The notes beneath the pieces are model-generated. The model was not told the origin of the DNA. It did no database searches and saw nothing but the letters and a program-made list of their open reading frames with translations. The position numbers and the translations under genes are program-made. Shown piece after piece: positions 25,899-41,294 of a stretch of DNA of 64,000 nucleotides (position 1 is the stretch's first letter; each line of letters starts with the position of its first letter). The DNA lies in the NCBI GenBank assembly GCA_964016885.1, contig OZ024742.1:234918001-234982000 (forward strand), in the 5' to 3' direction. This DNA is from Eledone cirrhosa (taxonomy: Eukaryota).

Positions 25899-26069
25899 CG
25901 TGTGTGTGTATATATGTGTGTGTGTATGTATATATATATATGTAGATATGTGTGTGTGTATATATATGTGTGTATATATATATATGTGTGTGTGTATATA
26001 TATATGTATATATGTGTGTGTGTGTATGTATATGTATATATATATATACATGTGTGTAAGTATCATATA

Positions 26070-29000
26070 TCATCATCATCATCATCATCATCGTTTAACG
26101 TCCATGTTCCACGCTTGCATGGGTTTGGACGGGGGTTTTCCCACTTGAGGCAAGAGTGGTTGTCTTGCTCGCATAGGACTGTCTGGCGGGTTTTCTACAG
26201 TTGGATGCCCTTCCTAACACCAACCACATTTACAGTGTGGGGCTGGGAGGTTTTTACCGTGTTGCCTACACGGCCACATTACAGCGTGGACTGTGTGTTT
26301 TTTTGTCGTGACACCTACACGATCTCATTTGTTTCGGCCTGGATGTTGTGGCACCAACATAACTTTACATTGAAAGGGGCGGTGTGGATGGGGTGGGGGT
26401 GGTGGGACGGGGTGTATTTTGTTAGAGATGCTTACTGACTGTAGTAGGTTTTACTTTGTATTTAGGTAAGGCGGGTCTTCTCTGTTACTGAGTACCACCA
26501 AAGATCTTGGTCCAGTGACATTGTCTTGGAGAGGTGTAAGTGTGTGAGGTCGGAATTTATCAGGTCGTCCCAGGTTTTTCTGGGTCTGCCTACTCCGTGG
26601 CTACCGTCTATCTTTATTGCCCTGCACTTTTTTATACAGCTGTCGTCTTTCATGCGCATCACGTGACCATACCAACGTAGCCTTCTCTCGAGTAAACAAC
26701 ATCTGATCCCTCTTATCTCTAATTTTTCCCTTAGTTCGTTTATGCTTTGCCGTTCACGTATATTACTATTACACATCCAGCGGAGCATGCAAGCTTCGTT
26801 CCTCTCTAGTCTGCGTATATCCTCTGCACACAATGCCCAGGTCTCACTGCCATGCAACATTGCTGTTCGTATGCAGGCATCATACAACCTGCCTTTCATT
26901 TTTAGGGAGAAGCCTTTAGAGGCTAATAGTGGTATAAGCTCTCTGAACTTTTTCCATCCAGTTCTGACTCTAGCTACTGTACTTTCAGAGCACCCTCCCC
27001 CACTGCTGATTTTGTCACCCAGGTAACGGAAGCTGTCCACTATTTCTATAGAACCCTCTGCGCAATTGAAAGAGCTAGTATTTTGTGGGCACTTGCTGCT
27101 ACTTATTGCACCAGAGCACCGGCCACATGTAAAATCTATGTTCTTAGTTAGCTTACCTGTGATCCCACTACATCTTTTATGCACCCATACTTTGCATTTG
27201 GGACATAAAATGGAGTTTCTACCTACGCCTTTCCTACACACTGAGCATGGCCATTTCCCGGAAGGGACCGGCGTCTTATTTTCTTTCCTACAAACTAGAA
27301 CTTTAGTCTTAGCCAGGTTAATTTTAAGGCCTTTTGATTCTAGGCCGTGCTTCCATGTTTGGAATTTCTTCTCTAGCTCGGCCATTGATTCAGCTATGAG
27401 CGTTAGATCATCTGCGTATAGGAGTTCCCATGGGCAGCCGGTCTTGAACTCCACTGTTATAGCCTGAAAGGCAATAATAAATAGTAGGGGGCTAAGAACA
27501 GAGCCCTGATGAACACCAACTTTTACGCTAAACTCTTCACTATATTCGTTGTTAATTCTAACCTTGCTGACTGTTTCTTTATACATGGCTTGTATAGCTC
27601 TCACAAGCCATTCATCAACACCTAGTTTTCTAAGAGCCCACCAGATAATGGAACGGGGGACTCTGTCGAAGGCTTTCTCCAAGTCGACAAAAGCTAAGTA
27701 TAGGGGTTTACTTTTAGCTAGGTACTTCTCCTGTAGTTGTCGTACAATGAAAAGAGCGTCTGTGGTACTTTTTCCTGACACAAACCCGAACTGCATTTCA
27801 TCTAGATCAATTCTCTCTCTGATTAGTTGCGCTATTACTTTTTCCGTGACCTTCATGACCTGGTCGATTAATTTAATGCCTCTATAGTTACTCCTATCTA
27901 GGGCATCTCCTTTACCCTTGTAACAGTTAATGATGATGCTGCTACGCCAGTCCTTCGGAACAACCCCATTCTGTATGACTTGGTTTACTATCCGGGTGAC
28001 CATGGTGTGTCCCACCGTTCCAGAGGCTTTCAGCATCTCAGCAACTATTTCCGAAGGCCTAGCCGCCTTACCCGTCTTCATATCTTTAATTGCCTTACTT
28101 ATTATACTACCTTCGACTAACACTGCTGGTCCCTCTATTGGGTTGATGTGGGGGAGACTGTCTTTCTCCCATTTATTCTCCTCATTTAGTAGCCTTTCGT
28201 AGTGACACTTCCAAGCTACCTTCTTATCAGCGTCAGTGATGGCAAGTACGCCATCATCATTAAGTACACACTTCTCCCCGACAATATCCTTGACACATTG
28301 CCTAGCAATCCTGAACACCTCACGTTTTTGGTCCTTGCGTTGTAGAACATGCTTGAACTTTCTTTCCTCTGCTTCCCTTCTTGCGAAGTACACTTGTCTC
28401 CTAGCTTCCCTCCTGGCCACTTGATAGTCTTCTCTACTTCCCCCATCCCGCCATACTTTCCAAGCCTGCTTTTTGGCCTTAATTGACTCCTCCACCTTAC
28501 TGTTCCACCACCATGTTACTCTCCTCCTGCCTACAGGCCTGCTCCAGCCACAGACTTCGTCTGCCGCCATCAGCAGGTTTGCTTTCAGGAATTTCCACTG
28601 TTCCTCTATATTGTACGATTCTAATTGCTCTTCCTTACTGTCGAAAGCATCAAGTAATATGCTTTGAAATTTATTTCTGACTGTGGGGTCTTTTAGCTTC
28701 CATATTTTTCTCCTGAGGATAGTTCTCTTCTGCTGTCTAGTACGTCTCGTCCTGACTATGAGGTCGCTAATTATCAGTCTATGTTGGGAGGTGCATTCTT
28801 CATGGGGGAGGGATTTAGTGTTTACAACAGACACTCTGTCACGTCTTCTGGTAAGGATATAATCTACCTGGCTAGTATGTTCCCCCTGATCTGTAGGTGA
28901 TCAAGTGATTGTCTCGTTTTTTGAAGTTAGTGTTACAGATAGTTAGGTTATTTGTATCACAGAATTCCAGGATTCTGGAGCCTTCCTCGTTTCTAGTACC

Positions 29001-29730
29001 AAACCCATAGCCTCCGTGGATTCCGTCATAGCCGTCACAATGTTGTCCAACGTGGCCATTTAGGTCGCCAGCAATAATTATATAGTCACTGTCGGTTATT
29101 TGGGAGGTAGTGAGCATCAGTGTCTCATAGAATCTGTCTTTTATAGCGCCAGGCAGTCCGGATTGGGGTGCGCATCCAGATATTACTGTCACAGTAGTTC
29201 TATTTAGAACAAGTCTTATTTTAATTATTCTGTCATTCACTCTATTTACATCTATTATCTTATCCACCCATTTTTCTGCTAACATGATTCCTACCCCACC
29301 CATCCCATTGTCATTTCCCACCCAGAAAAGCTTATAGCAACGTTTTTTACCCACAATGAATCTAGCAGACCCGCTCCTTCACCTGGTCTCTTGGATACAG
29401 CAAACATCAATCTCCTTACGTTCAAGCATTTCTACAACCTCGTTAGAGCAGCCTTTTAAGGTGCCTAGATTCATGGTACCAACTCTGAAGTTTTGGATTG
29501 TGTTTGGAGGATGGGGCGCAGGGAGGGGTGAGGGGATGGGGTTGGGGTTATGTTGGCCATCCGCGGCCGAAACAAAGAGGAGGGGGCCTTGCCCTTTCGT
29601 CCGGCAGCATGAGGTGAATTTGTCGTTATCTTTGGCATTGTCATCGAGTGTCCAGATTCTTCAGACTCTCCAGAAATTCCTTAGCCCATCCATCATATCG
29701 AAAAGCAGCCAGAAGTGATAGCATAGGCCG
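26070..29730 (-). mobile_element. Near-full-length RTE-clade LINE (APE endonuclease, RT and an embedded PHD finger)
   Basis: APE motifs (TMNLGTL, CIQETR, GDLNGHVG, QVDYIL) at 28840-29490. The 790-aa ORF 26462-28834 has FVDLEKAFD, GVHQGSVLSP and YADD. Visible lesions: a TGA near 29381 and a frameshift near 28885. (GAT)n tail at 26070-26092. Confidence 0.92.
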
Positions 29731-30122
29731 TTGACTTGTGATTGGTCCAAATAATAAAGGTGGAGAATGGGAGGGGTATGGGGTAGTCAGCAAAGAGAAG
29801 ATTATTTAGAACAAGCGTGGAGAAGATTATTTAGAACAGTGAGACAGAATTATAGGATAGCAACGATTGTAGATATATGGATGAATGAACCGAAGGTTGA
29901 GGAGACAAGAAGAAAATGTTATATTATACATTACATTTTCGTAGAAGTCGACTGACCATTTAATAAGAGTTGACAAATTCTGAGTTTTGTCCTTCATAAC
30001 ATGCTTATTTATATTTGGTGCAAGTAGGGAGTGAGAGAGAGAGAGAGGGATGTATATGTTAGAGAGAGTGGGGTAATAGCGATTTTGAGGAGCGAGAGAA
30101 TCTATTTTTATGATATATATAT

Positions 30123-30223
<101 letters not shown>

Positions 30224-30229
30224 CTGTAT

Positions 30230-32082
30230 ATGTAGCGTAGCTAGGGTGTGGCAAGCAGGGCACATGCCACGGGCGCCATATTTAGGGGGCGTAATTTCGA
30301 CCTAGATCGATTTACATCCATGTCATTTTTATCATTTTTTTAAAATATAAGCCAAAAATGAAGCATGTGATTTCTTGATAGCCGACTTCCACACCATGTC
30401 TAGAGCACTAGACAGAGCAGATGTCTGATTTGACTTCGCAAAAACACCCCCTCCCCCCCTCAACACTGACAGCAGCGTGGGTTGCAATTATGCGGACGCT
30501 ATTTTTAGTTATACATTGCAAAACAGCGGATATCTCACTTGACCTCACAAAACCGCCCCCCCCCCCCCCCCCTCACACACACACTGACTGAAGGGACGTA
30601 GTTTTGGAGGTGCAACTGGTGGACATGCAGGCGCTATTTTTAGCAATGCATTGCAATGGCTAATACAAGATAATTATAATTATGAAGCTGGTTTACAAAA
30701 CAGAGTAGTTTGTCTTTTACAACTGGTACATAAGACGTATAGAAACGGTATCATAATCCAAATGGCCAGATAGGATCGGATAGCTTCTATTAGGAATTCA
30801 ATTTGACTCCAGTTTAGATGGTTCAATGTTTTCTTCTATAATACAGTTCGGCAGAATTTACTAAATCGTATCCAAAAAGCAAGATACTATGGTCTGCTGA
30901 TTGATTCGACCCCTGACCAGGCGCACTGAGAACAACTGTCAAAAGTTGTGCGATATGTCGATGTTGATTTCAATATGAAGACGGTCGTTGTGAGGGAATC
31001 TTTTCTTGGATTCATTCAAGTAATCAAAAAAGATGCCGCAAGCCTTGTTGAAACAATCGAGAAAGAGCTAGAAAAAGATGACCTACCACTGCAGAACTGT
31101 CGATCGCAGTGCTACGACATTGCTGCCATAATGGCTGGGACCCGCAGTGGGGTTCAGCAGAGATTGAGAGAGAAGAAGAATTTGATTCACTTCGTTAATT
31201 GCGATAACCATTCACTTAATCTGGCTGGTTTCCATGCAGCCAAAAACGATTCTACTATGATGAACTTTTTCAGTTGCATTGACTCGTTATACAACTTTTT
31301 TTCTCGTTCAACACGACGATGGGAAGCCCTTAAAGAAGTTGCTCCAGTGGTTGTTAAATATCCTTCCGACACGCGGTGGAGTGCTAGATGTACCGCAGTC
31401 AGACCGGTGGCGAATTATTTGACTGATTGTTCAAGTTCTCGAAAAAATTAGTGATGATGAAACAGAGACATGCGAGAGTAGAAGTGATGCCAGTAATCTC
31501 CATAATCGGATACTGAGTTATGAATTCCTGAACTTGATTGGATTCTAGAACACGATTCTCTCACAAATTGACCGGGTTCAAAAGAGACTTCAAGATCCAA
31601 GAATGAATTTTCACGATGCTGCAGCTGATATAGGAGCCCTTCAACTTTATTTTAAAGAAGAAGGAACATCCTTAATCCACGAGTCTCTTGAAATGGGCTT
31701 CGACCTCTGCCAGAAATGGAATGTCGATTTTCCGAGGAGGCGAGGAAGACGACAAACCAATACCGAAATCACTGAGGACGTCGAGGTGGCTGCCAGAAAA
31801 GAGATAGAGAGAGCAATGCAAAGTTCACTCAATCGTCTTCAAACAAAAATGGAAGAACGATTTATTCGACTTAAGGAAACGGACTCAAGTTCTGGCTTTC
31901 TTCTTGATGTCAACTATCTGTTTTATTTGGCTGCTCCTGATAACCTTGTCCTTAAACAAAGGTGCAACAGTCTTGCGGAACTATACAACTCCGACATCGA
32001 CGGAGAGCATTTGTATGAGGAAATCTTGGACTGCCGATCTTGATGCTTGCCCTGGGCGCCGTTTACCCTAGCTACGCCACTG
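30230..32082 (+). mobile_element. hAT DNA transposon (Tip100/ZMYM1-like transposase), decayed and internally deleted
   Basis: TIRs GTAGCGTAGCTAGGGT / ACCCTAGCTACGCCACTG. Motifs DSTPDQAH*EQLSKVVRYV, QCYDIAAIMAG, CDNHSLNL and DTRWSAR. Confidence 0.85.
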
Positions 32083-32096
32083 TATATACATACATA

Positions 32097-34120
32097 CATG
32101 ATGATGGCTGCCCCCTCGTTATCGAGTATGGCCATTGCACGAGAAAAAAAAACATAATAATAACAATAATAATAATAACAACAATAATAATAACGACAAC
32201 AACAACAATAATAATATACATATATATATATACACACACATAAACATATCTATACACACACACACACGATAGCAATTAACAGCGCTGCGATCGAATGTGG
32301 CTTTTTAGCCCAGCCAATGATCTAAAATGTTTTGCACAGAGTCAGCAACCAAAACATTCACTGGGAATAGCCGGCTGTCGTTGGAGTTCGTGTACTTTTG
32401 CATGTTGTTTGAGCCCTCCTGCTGATTTACATTCTCTACCACATGCTTGGTAAGCATGATGAGTAGCATCTCCAACAGCAGCCTGGTAGTCAACCACTGG
32501 TCTTACTTTATGACTGCGAAGATGACTTTCGAGTCCAGCTTTGCTTAGGCAGAGTCTCGCACAGACGCTGCATGTCAGCACCATAGGAGGACCTTCGCCG
32601 TCTGGAAGTGCAACAGCAATGCCCTTCCTCACATCCCGCTTTACTTTCTCGTATGCGATTCGAGATGCCTCAAAGGCAACTTTTCCCTCATATACAGTCT
32701 TTCTCCATTTATTACGATCAGCAGCAACATTTTCCCATGTATCAGCAGAGATGTTAGCGTCTTTCAAAGAGGCTTTCAAGGAATCCTTATACCTCTTTTT
32801 TGGTTTATGTGGCGGTCGTTTTCCTTTAACTAACTCTCCATAAAAGAGTTGTTTTGGTATTCTAGAATCTTTTATCCTGGCAAGGTGACCACTCCAACGG
32901 AGTCTTTGCTTAAGCACAAGAGCTTCTATACTGTCACACATAGAGCTTTCCCAAATCTCGACATCACTGATGTGATCCCTCCAGTGAACGCCATGGATCC
33001 GTCTGAGACACATCTGATGGAAACGCTCCAATTGCTTAAGGTGGTGTCGATATGTAACCCAGGTCCGCAGGCATAAAGAAGAAAAGAGAGCACACATGCC
33101 TTGTACACCTTTACCTTTGTCTTCTTGCATATGTCTCGACGACCCCAGAGTCGCCTTTCTAGCTTTCCGAAAGCATCACTTGCTTTCCTAATCCTGAGTG
33201 GGATTTCATTATCAAGGTTGCTGTATCAATTGGCAGTGCTTCCCAGGTAGACAAACTGATCAACCACTCCAAGTCGTTTACCAGACACATAGATATTTGG
33301 TTCACTGTACTGCTTACAGGGGGCAGGTTGGTACATGACGACGGTTTTCTTGAGACTGACAGTCAATCCTAGGGCAGTGCAAGCATCAGAAAATGCATTC
33401 AAAATATGCTGCATATCACTCTCTGTGTGCGCTACAAGATCGCAATCATCTGCATACAAGAGGTCTCTTATGATTGATGTAAATACTTTTGTTTTTGCAG
33501 CAAAGCGCCTGATGTTAAATATGCTTCCTGAAGTTCGATATCGGATGTAAACATCATGCTCGCAATTCCTAAATGCAATATAGAAAACCATTGCAAAGTA
33601 TATGACAAACAGGGTCGGTGCTGGAATATCCCCCTGTTTCACTCCATTTTTTGCTGAGATAGGCTCCGACATGTTACCTCCGACATTAACCCAAGCCTTC
33701 ATGTCGTCATGGAAAGACCTAACTAAAGCAAGGAACTTATCAGGGCAACCAAGTTTCTGGAGAACCTTCCATAATGCATTTCTGTTAACAGTATCGAAAG
33801 CTTTTGTCAGATCGACAAAAATCTGATACAGATCCAAACCTTGTTCCATGCACTTCTGGAGCTGTCTAGCTGAGAAGATCATATCAGTAGTGCCGCGTCC
33901 AGCACGAAAATCAGATTGACTTTCAGGAAGAACACAATCTGCAATGTGTGTCAGCAGACGGTCCAGAAGCACCCTACATAAAACTTTCCCTACGACAGAA
34001 AGCAATGATATACTTCTGTGGTTCCCACAATCATTCCTGTTACCCTTTCCCTTGTACAAGACCACCATTACTGCATTTCTCCAGTACTCAGGTACGGATT
34101 CATTAGCACATATCCTGCCA
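32097..34120 (-). mobile_element. 5'-truncated RTE/BovB-like LINE with C-terminal zinc fingers
   Basis: ORFs 33226-34182 (FVDLTKAFD, GVKQG, LLYADD, FVYLGS) and 32342-33130 (RLRWSGHLAR, PKQLFYGEL, C2H2 fingers). (ATC)n tail near 32097. Confidence 0.88.
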
Positions 34121-34153
34121 AACAAAGAACATACATACATACTAGATACATAC

Positions 34154-35492
34154 ACCGGAAACTTCCACATCAACAATGACATAGACCGCCTTTACTTGAA
34201 ACGTAAGCAGGGAAGCAGAGGCCTAACACCAGTCCAGACAACATTTGAATGTCGCATCATATCTCTCCGACAAAATCTACGAACCTCGAAGCGTAGGAGC
34301 CCGTTTCTCGAGCAAGTCTATCTGCATGAAACAGATAAGATCATGACAGTTGGGAAGGAACTCCTTGAGAGATATTCCCTGTGTGATAATCAAAAGCTCA
34401 CACCCAAGGATGTCGCTCAGCAGTATCGCAATGAATCCATGGATGAAAAACTGCATGTCTATCAACAAAAAATCATGCATGGATATGTTGCCAGGAAGCT
34501 CCAGAGTGAGAGTAATATAGATAAGGAAAGTAGTCTATCTTGGACCAACAACCGCTATATTGGCTCCCACTTTGAAGGATACGCTTTTGCAATCCAGGAA
34601 CAGGAGATTAGCACGAAATACCTGATTCACAAAAGAGATAGGGATGCAGGCAAAACACCTAGATGTGATAACAAGTGCAGACTCTGCAGAACTAACATCG
34701 AGGATATCACCCATGTCATCAGCAGCTGTCCAAAGATGTCATCGCGGTACTATCTACCTATGAGGCATGATGTAGTGGCCAAAACACTGTACAATGCAGT
34801 TCGTAAAAAAGATAGCCCCGATAATAAACACATTAAAAGCTACAACAATGTGGAAGACATCCATGTACATAATATGAAAGAGTACTGGTGGAATGTTCCA
34901 GTAAAAACCCAAATAAAATACAGGCATAACAGACCAGATATTATGATATGGGACAGGGAGAAGAAAACATGCACAGTAGTGGAAATTAGCTGCCCAGCAG
35001 ATGCCAATATATTATAACAAAGAATAGTGAAAAGGAGAATATTTATGCAGAACTGATGAGAAATCTGCAGATACTCCACCCTGATTACACCTTCATATTT
35101 ATGCCTGTGATTATTGGGGCACTGGGGTATGTTAGTAACTGCCTCAATACAAATCTTGAGAAGCTAGGCTTCACAGGAACAGAAAGAACACAACTAGTTA
35201 GGAAACTACAAGTACAATCCATTAATGGAACAGTAAAAATATGTAAAACATTCCAAAAATGTTGCATCTAATAACTGCATATACACATGTACAGATACAA
35301 AGCATATACACATGCACAGATACAACTCAAAACATACACATACACACATACAATAACATCCATATCTACACATGCAGGCATACATACATATCTACCTAGT
35401 TGATGTTGTGTAAATTCCAATGAGAGAGTCTTGTGTAGAAACCGACTCTCTCTCTATTGGTAAAACTTTGTGAAATTATAAAACCAGAATAA
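34154..35492 (+). mobile_element. 5'-truncated Dong/R4-clade LINE (CCHC plus restriction-like endonuclease)
   Basis: DRLYLKRKQGSRGL, AIQEQEISTK, CRLC...EDITHVISSC, RHDVVA, RPDIMIWD...VVEISCP; after a frameshift PVIIGALG, stop at 35271. Confidence 0.85.
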
Positions 35493-35497
35493 TATAC

Positions 35498-35584
<87 letters not shown>

Positions 35585-35776
35585 CGTGTGTGTGCGTGTG
35601 TGTGTGTGTACATGGGGTAACAAGTTATCGTTATCGGTAATCCAATTAGAGGTTGTGAGTACTCTGCGTGGTGGATAGTTTTAACGTACGGTTTTGTTTA
35701 ACTCAACAAGATGTTTCCATAGTTAGGCAGCGAGTTCGCGGTAATTCCTATGTAGGTTATACTTGGAGTATATATG

Positions 35777-35823
<47 letters not shown>

Positions 35824-35865
35824 TTAACGAAAGGTATTAGTAGTTGTTAGATGGATTAACATGGT

Positions 35866-36279
35866 TGTTAGAATGATTATAACAAGAATAAATGATTTAC
35901 TTTATATATAAAGGTTTACTTCACTTCAGTCAAAAAGAACAATAAACAAATTACCACAAGTTGCGAAGGTTGACAATGTTATTTTGTTGTTGGTTCATGA
36001 GGCTGGTGTAGTCTGAGACCAGGAGAGAGAGAGAGAGTAATGGTCTGTAGACTTCTGTGGCCTGAAGGTAGCAGTGAATCATTACATAGCTTGTTGCTAG
36101 CGTAATGCTCCGATCTCTCTGTATTAGACGTGGGATCATACAGGCTTTATATACCTGTCGCTTTCTGTCTCCCACCTCGAGGGATCGCCCACGCATGAAC
36201 CTGTCCGCACCGAAAGGATGGTGACCTAGAATTTGACCTTTAGGTGTCACCCAAGGTTCAAGGTGTGGACAGATTTCGC

Positions 36280-36283
<4 letters not shown>
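35866..36283 (-). mobile_element. Possible solo LTR
   Basis: Minus strand TGTGGCGAA...TTCTAACA with a TATATAAA box near 36150; no TSD verified. Confidence 0.4.
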
Positions 36284-36316
<33 letters not shown>

Positions 36317-36375
36317 GGAATACTGTTAGCTTCTCGCTACAACAATTTCTATACTTTTCATTTATATATATATAT

Positions 36376-38611
<2,236 letters not shown>

Positions 38612-38662
38612 AGAAAAGATGAAATCAAAAATGCAACTGGAATATATATATATAGTGTGTGT

Positions 38663-38756
<94 letters not shown>

Positions 38757-38769
38757 CGGCTATCGCCCT

Positions 38770-41083
38770 GCTCGAATCAAATAAATATAACCTCCAATAA
38801 TGCGTAAAGACCATCATCAATACAATAACCAAAGAACAGCTGAAGAAAAGTGGGCCATTGAGAAAATCAAACTCAACCCCAAAGTGTTCTTTTCATTTAC
38901 CAAAAAACACATGGTCACTGTCTCCATTGTTGGCCCTCTAGTTGAGGGAAAATGGCAGACTCCAAGATAATGCCAAAACCATGGGCGAGATACTGCAGAA
39001 ACAATACTGCTGTGTTTTCAGCAATCCTGATATGACCGATCTGGGCTGTATCGGTGATGTTAATCCCCAACACACTATATCGGACATAAAGTTTGGCGCC
39101 CCTGGTGTCTTAGCAGCAATAAACGAAATTAAACACAATTCAGATGTAGGTCCCTGCTTGTGTCCTGAAGGTGCGTCGACACCAACTTGTATCTCCTCTT
39201 GCTAATCTGTGGAAGAACTCACTGGATACTGGCTATATTCCTGAAAACTTTCTGTCCTAGTCCGTTGTCCCAGTTTTCAAAAAGGGAAATAAGTCCCTTG
39301 CAGTGATCTATCATCCGATCTCACTCACCTCTCATATTATCAAGGTATTTGAGAGCGTGGTGAGATCACGAATAACCCACTTTCACGAAAGCAACTGCCT
39401 GCTGAACTCCAACCAACATGGGTTCCGTAATGGAAGGGACTGCCTAACGCAGCTCCTGCATCACTTTGACGATGTTTTGAGAGCCTTGGGAGAGGGCTCC
39501 AACATTGATATCATCTACCTTGATTCCAGCAAGGTCTTTGACAGGGTTGATCATAAGATTCTATTGAAAAAACTATCCAATATTGGTGTCTCTGGAAAGT
39601 TATTACAGTGGATCAAATGTTTCCTGACAGACAGAACCCAACATGTTGTAGTCGAAGGAGTAAAATCAAGCCCAGCCAAAGTCAGCAGTGGCGTCTCACA
39701 AAGCACTGTGTTGGGTCCACTTCTTTTCATCATCTACATTAATGACATTACTGACATCATCAAGCACAGCAACATAAGAATCTTCGCAGATGATTCCAAG
39801 CTCCAAAGGGTCATCAATGAGGTGGGTGACCGGACTTGCCTTCAGTCAGACCTACTGGCTGTTATCCAATGGGCAGAAAAGAACAATATGCTGTTGAATG
39901 AGGATAAGTTCGAGTTAATTCACTTTGGAAAAAAGGATGCCCTGAAACTCCCATACTCTCTTCCTTCAGGTGAAACTCTAGTGGCATCCAACAACATCAG
40001 AGACCTGGGAGTAATTGTGGACAACAACATAAGCTGGGCCACTCATATAAACAGCAAAGTTGACATGGACCGCAGAATGTGTTCCTGGATTCTCGGAACC
40101 TTCCAGTTGAGAGATGGATATCCACACTGTTATCCTACTCTTCTCCACTTTTACCCGACCCCACCTTGAATACTGTTGTCCACTGTGGTCTCCCCACACG
40201 AAACAAAGTATCATGAAAGTTGAAGCACCCCAAAGATCAATTACAAAAAAAATAGATGGCATGACAGGTCTTGACTATTGGAGTCGATTAGAAAAGCTCA
40301 ACCTTTATTCTCTCCAACGTCGCCGTGAGCGCTACATTATCTGCATGATGTGGAAAATATTCCATCACCTTTGCCCAAATGATGTTGGCATCCCCTTTAA
40401 GGTACATCCAAGGCTTGGGCCACGTCCTATCCGCCCACGACAAAAATCTCACTCGCATCTCATAACAATAATACGGCACAATTATTTCACCTCAATTGAC
40501 CCCGCTCTTTTTAACATTACACCAAAACACATTAAAGTTGTAGTGAGAGTCGCCTCCGAACTGATAACATCTTCCTAGGGACCCCCCATCAAAGGGCCTA
40601 GGGATGGACATGTATTCCGATCCTTTCTTACTGCTGTTTGCTAACATATAGCTCCAGGTATGAACTAACATTTATGCACACACCAATCCATCAATAAAAC
40701 AATTGTTACGTTGATAAGCTCTGTTGTTTTTACTCTGATACCAATGCATACACTACCAATAACTTCCAGTGAATTCAATGGAGTCATAACATATAAAAAA
40801 TAGAAAATATTCCCATCGGACATTGACTAGCTATCCTCTATAACTGGTGACCCTATCTTTCGATAATCGATGACTATATCTCTTCTAAAAAGTCTTTGGA
40901 CAAATTCCTTCAAGAAATCCAGGATAAACCTCCTACATTCGGATATGCCTCCGTAAACAATAACTCACTACTTGAGTGGGCCATGATGCCCAAATCCTGA
41001 TTTGAAAGACTTCGCTAGGTGGTGCTATTAAGTTAGACATGGCCTGGGCCAATACTGGCCGAAACCTATCAAAGTTATCAAAG

Positions 41084-41085
<2 letters not shown>
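38770..41085 (+). mobile_element. CR1/Jockey-group LINE, 5'-truncated and decayed
   Basis: YHPISLTS, NQHGFRNGR, YLDSSKVFDRVDH, LGPLLFIIYIND, FADD, RDLGV, RPHLEYCCPLWSP and LYSLQRRRER. The 3' end has a TATCAAAGT tandem repeat. Confidence 0.85.
40539..40853 (+). mobile_element. LTR with a remnant tRNA-Trp-type PBS, inserted in the CR1-like LINE
   Basis: TGTAG...CTATA, then AC and TGGTGACCC; AATAAA near 40693; interrupts the LINE reading frame. Confidence 0.6.
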
Positions 41086-41142
<57 letters not shown>

Positions 41143-41209
41143 CAAGGTTTAGCAAATAAGAAAAAGTTTTAAAATAAATTTTTAAAAATTCACTGTACCT
41201 GCTGTAGTT

Positions 41210-41294
41210 ACCCTTACCGTACGGTTTCAAGTCTCAAAATAAATGGATAATCCATGCGGATATCCATTGAAAAGGAAGACTCTCGTCAGAAGGT
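41210..41294 (-). ncRNA. Type I hammerhead ribozyme motif
   Basis: ACCTT CTGACGA GAGTCT...AATGGATA..TATCCATT...AGACTT GAAA CCGTACG GTA|AGGGT, with palindromic stem III ACCGTACGGT. Confidence 0.8.

Noticed and set aside
29640-29730. Possible HDV-like ribozyme at the RTE 5' end (GGCCTAT/ATGGGCT P1-like pairing on the minus strand)
   Set aside because: No convincing P3, L3, P1.1 or P2 elements could be fitted.
33944-34182. N-terminal extensions of ORFs 33944-35017 (+) and 33226-34182 (-)
   Set aside because: They are chance read-through across the junction of two back-to-back LINE fragments, not a fusion protein.
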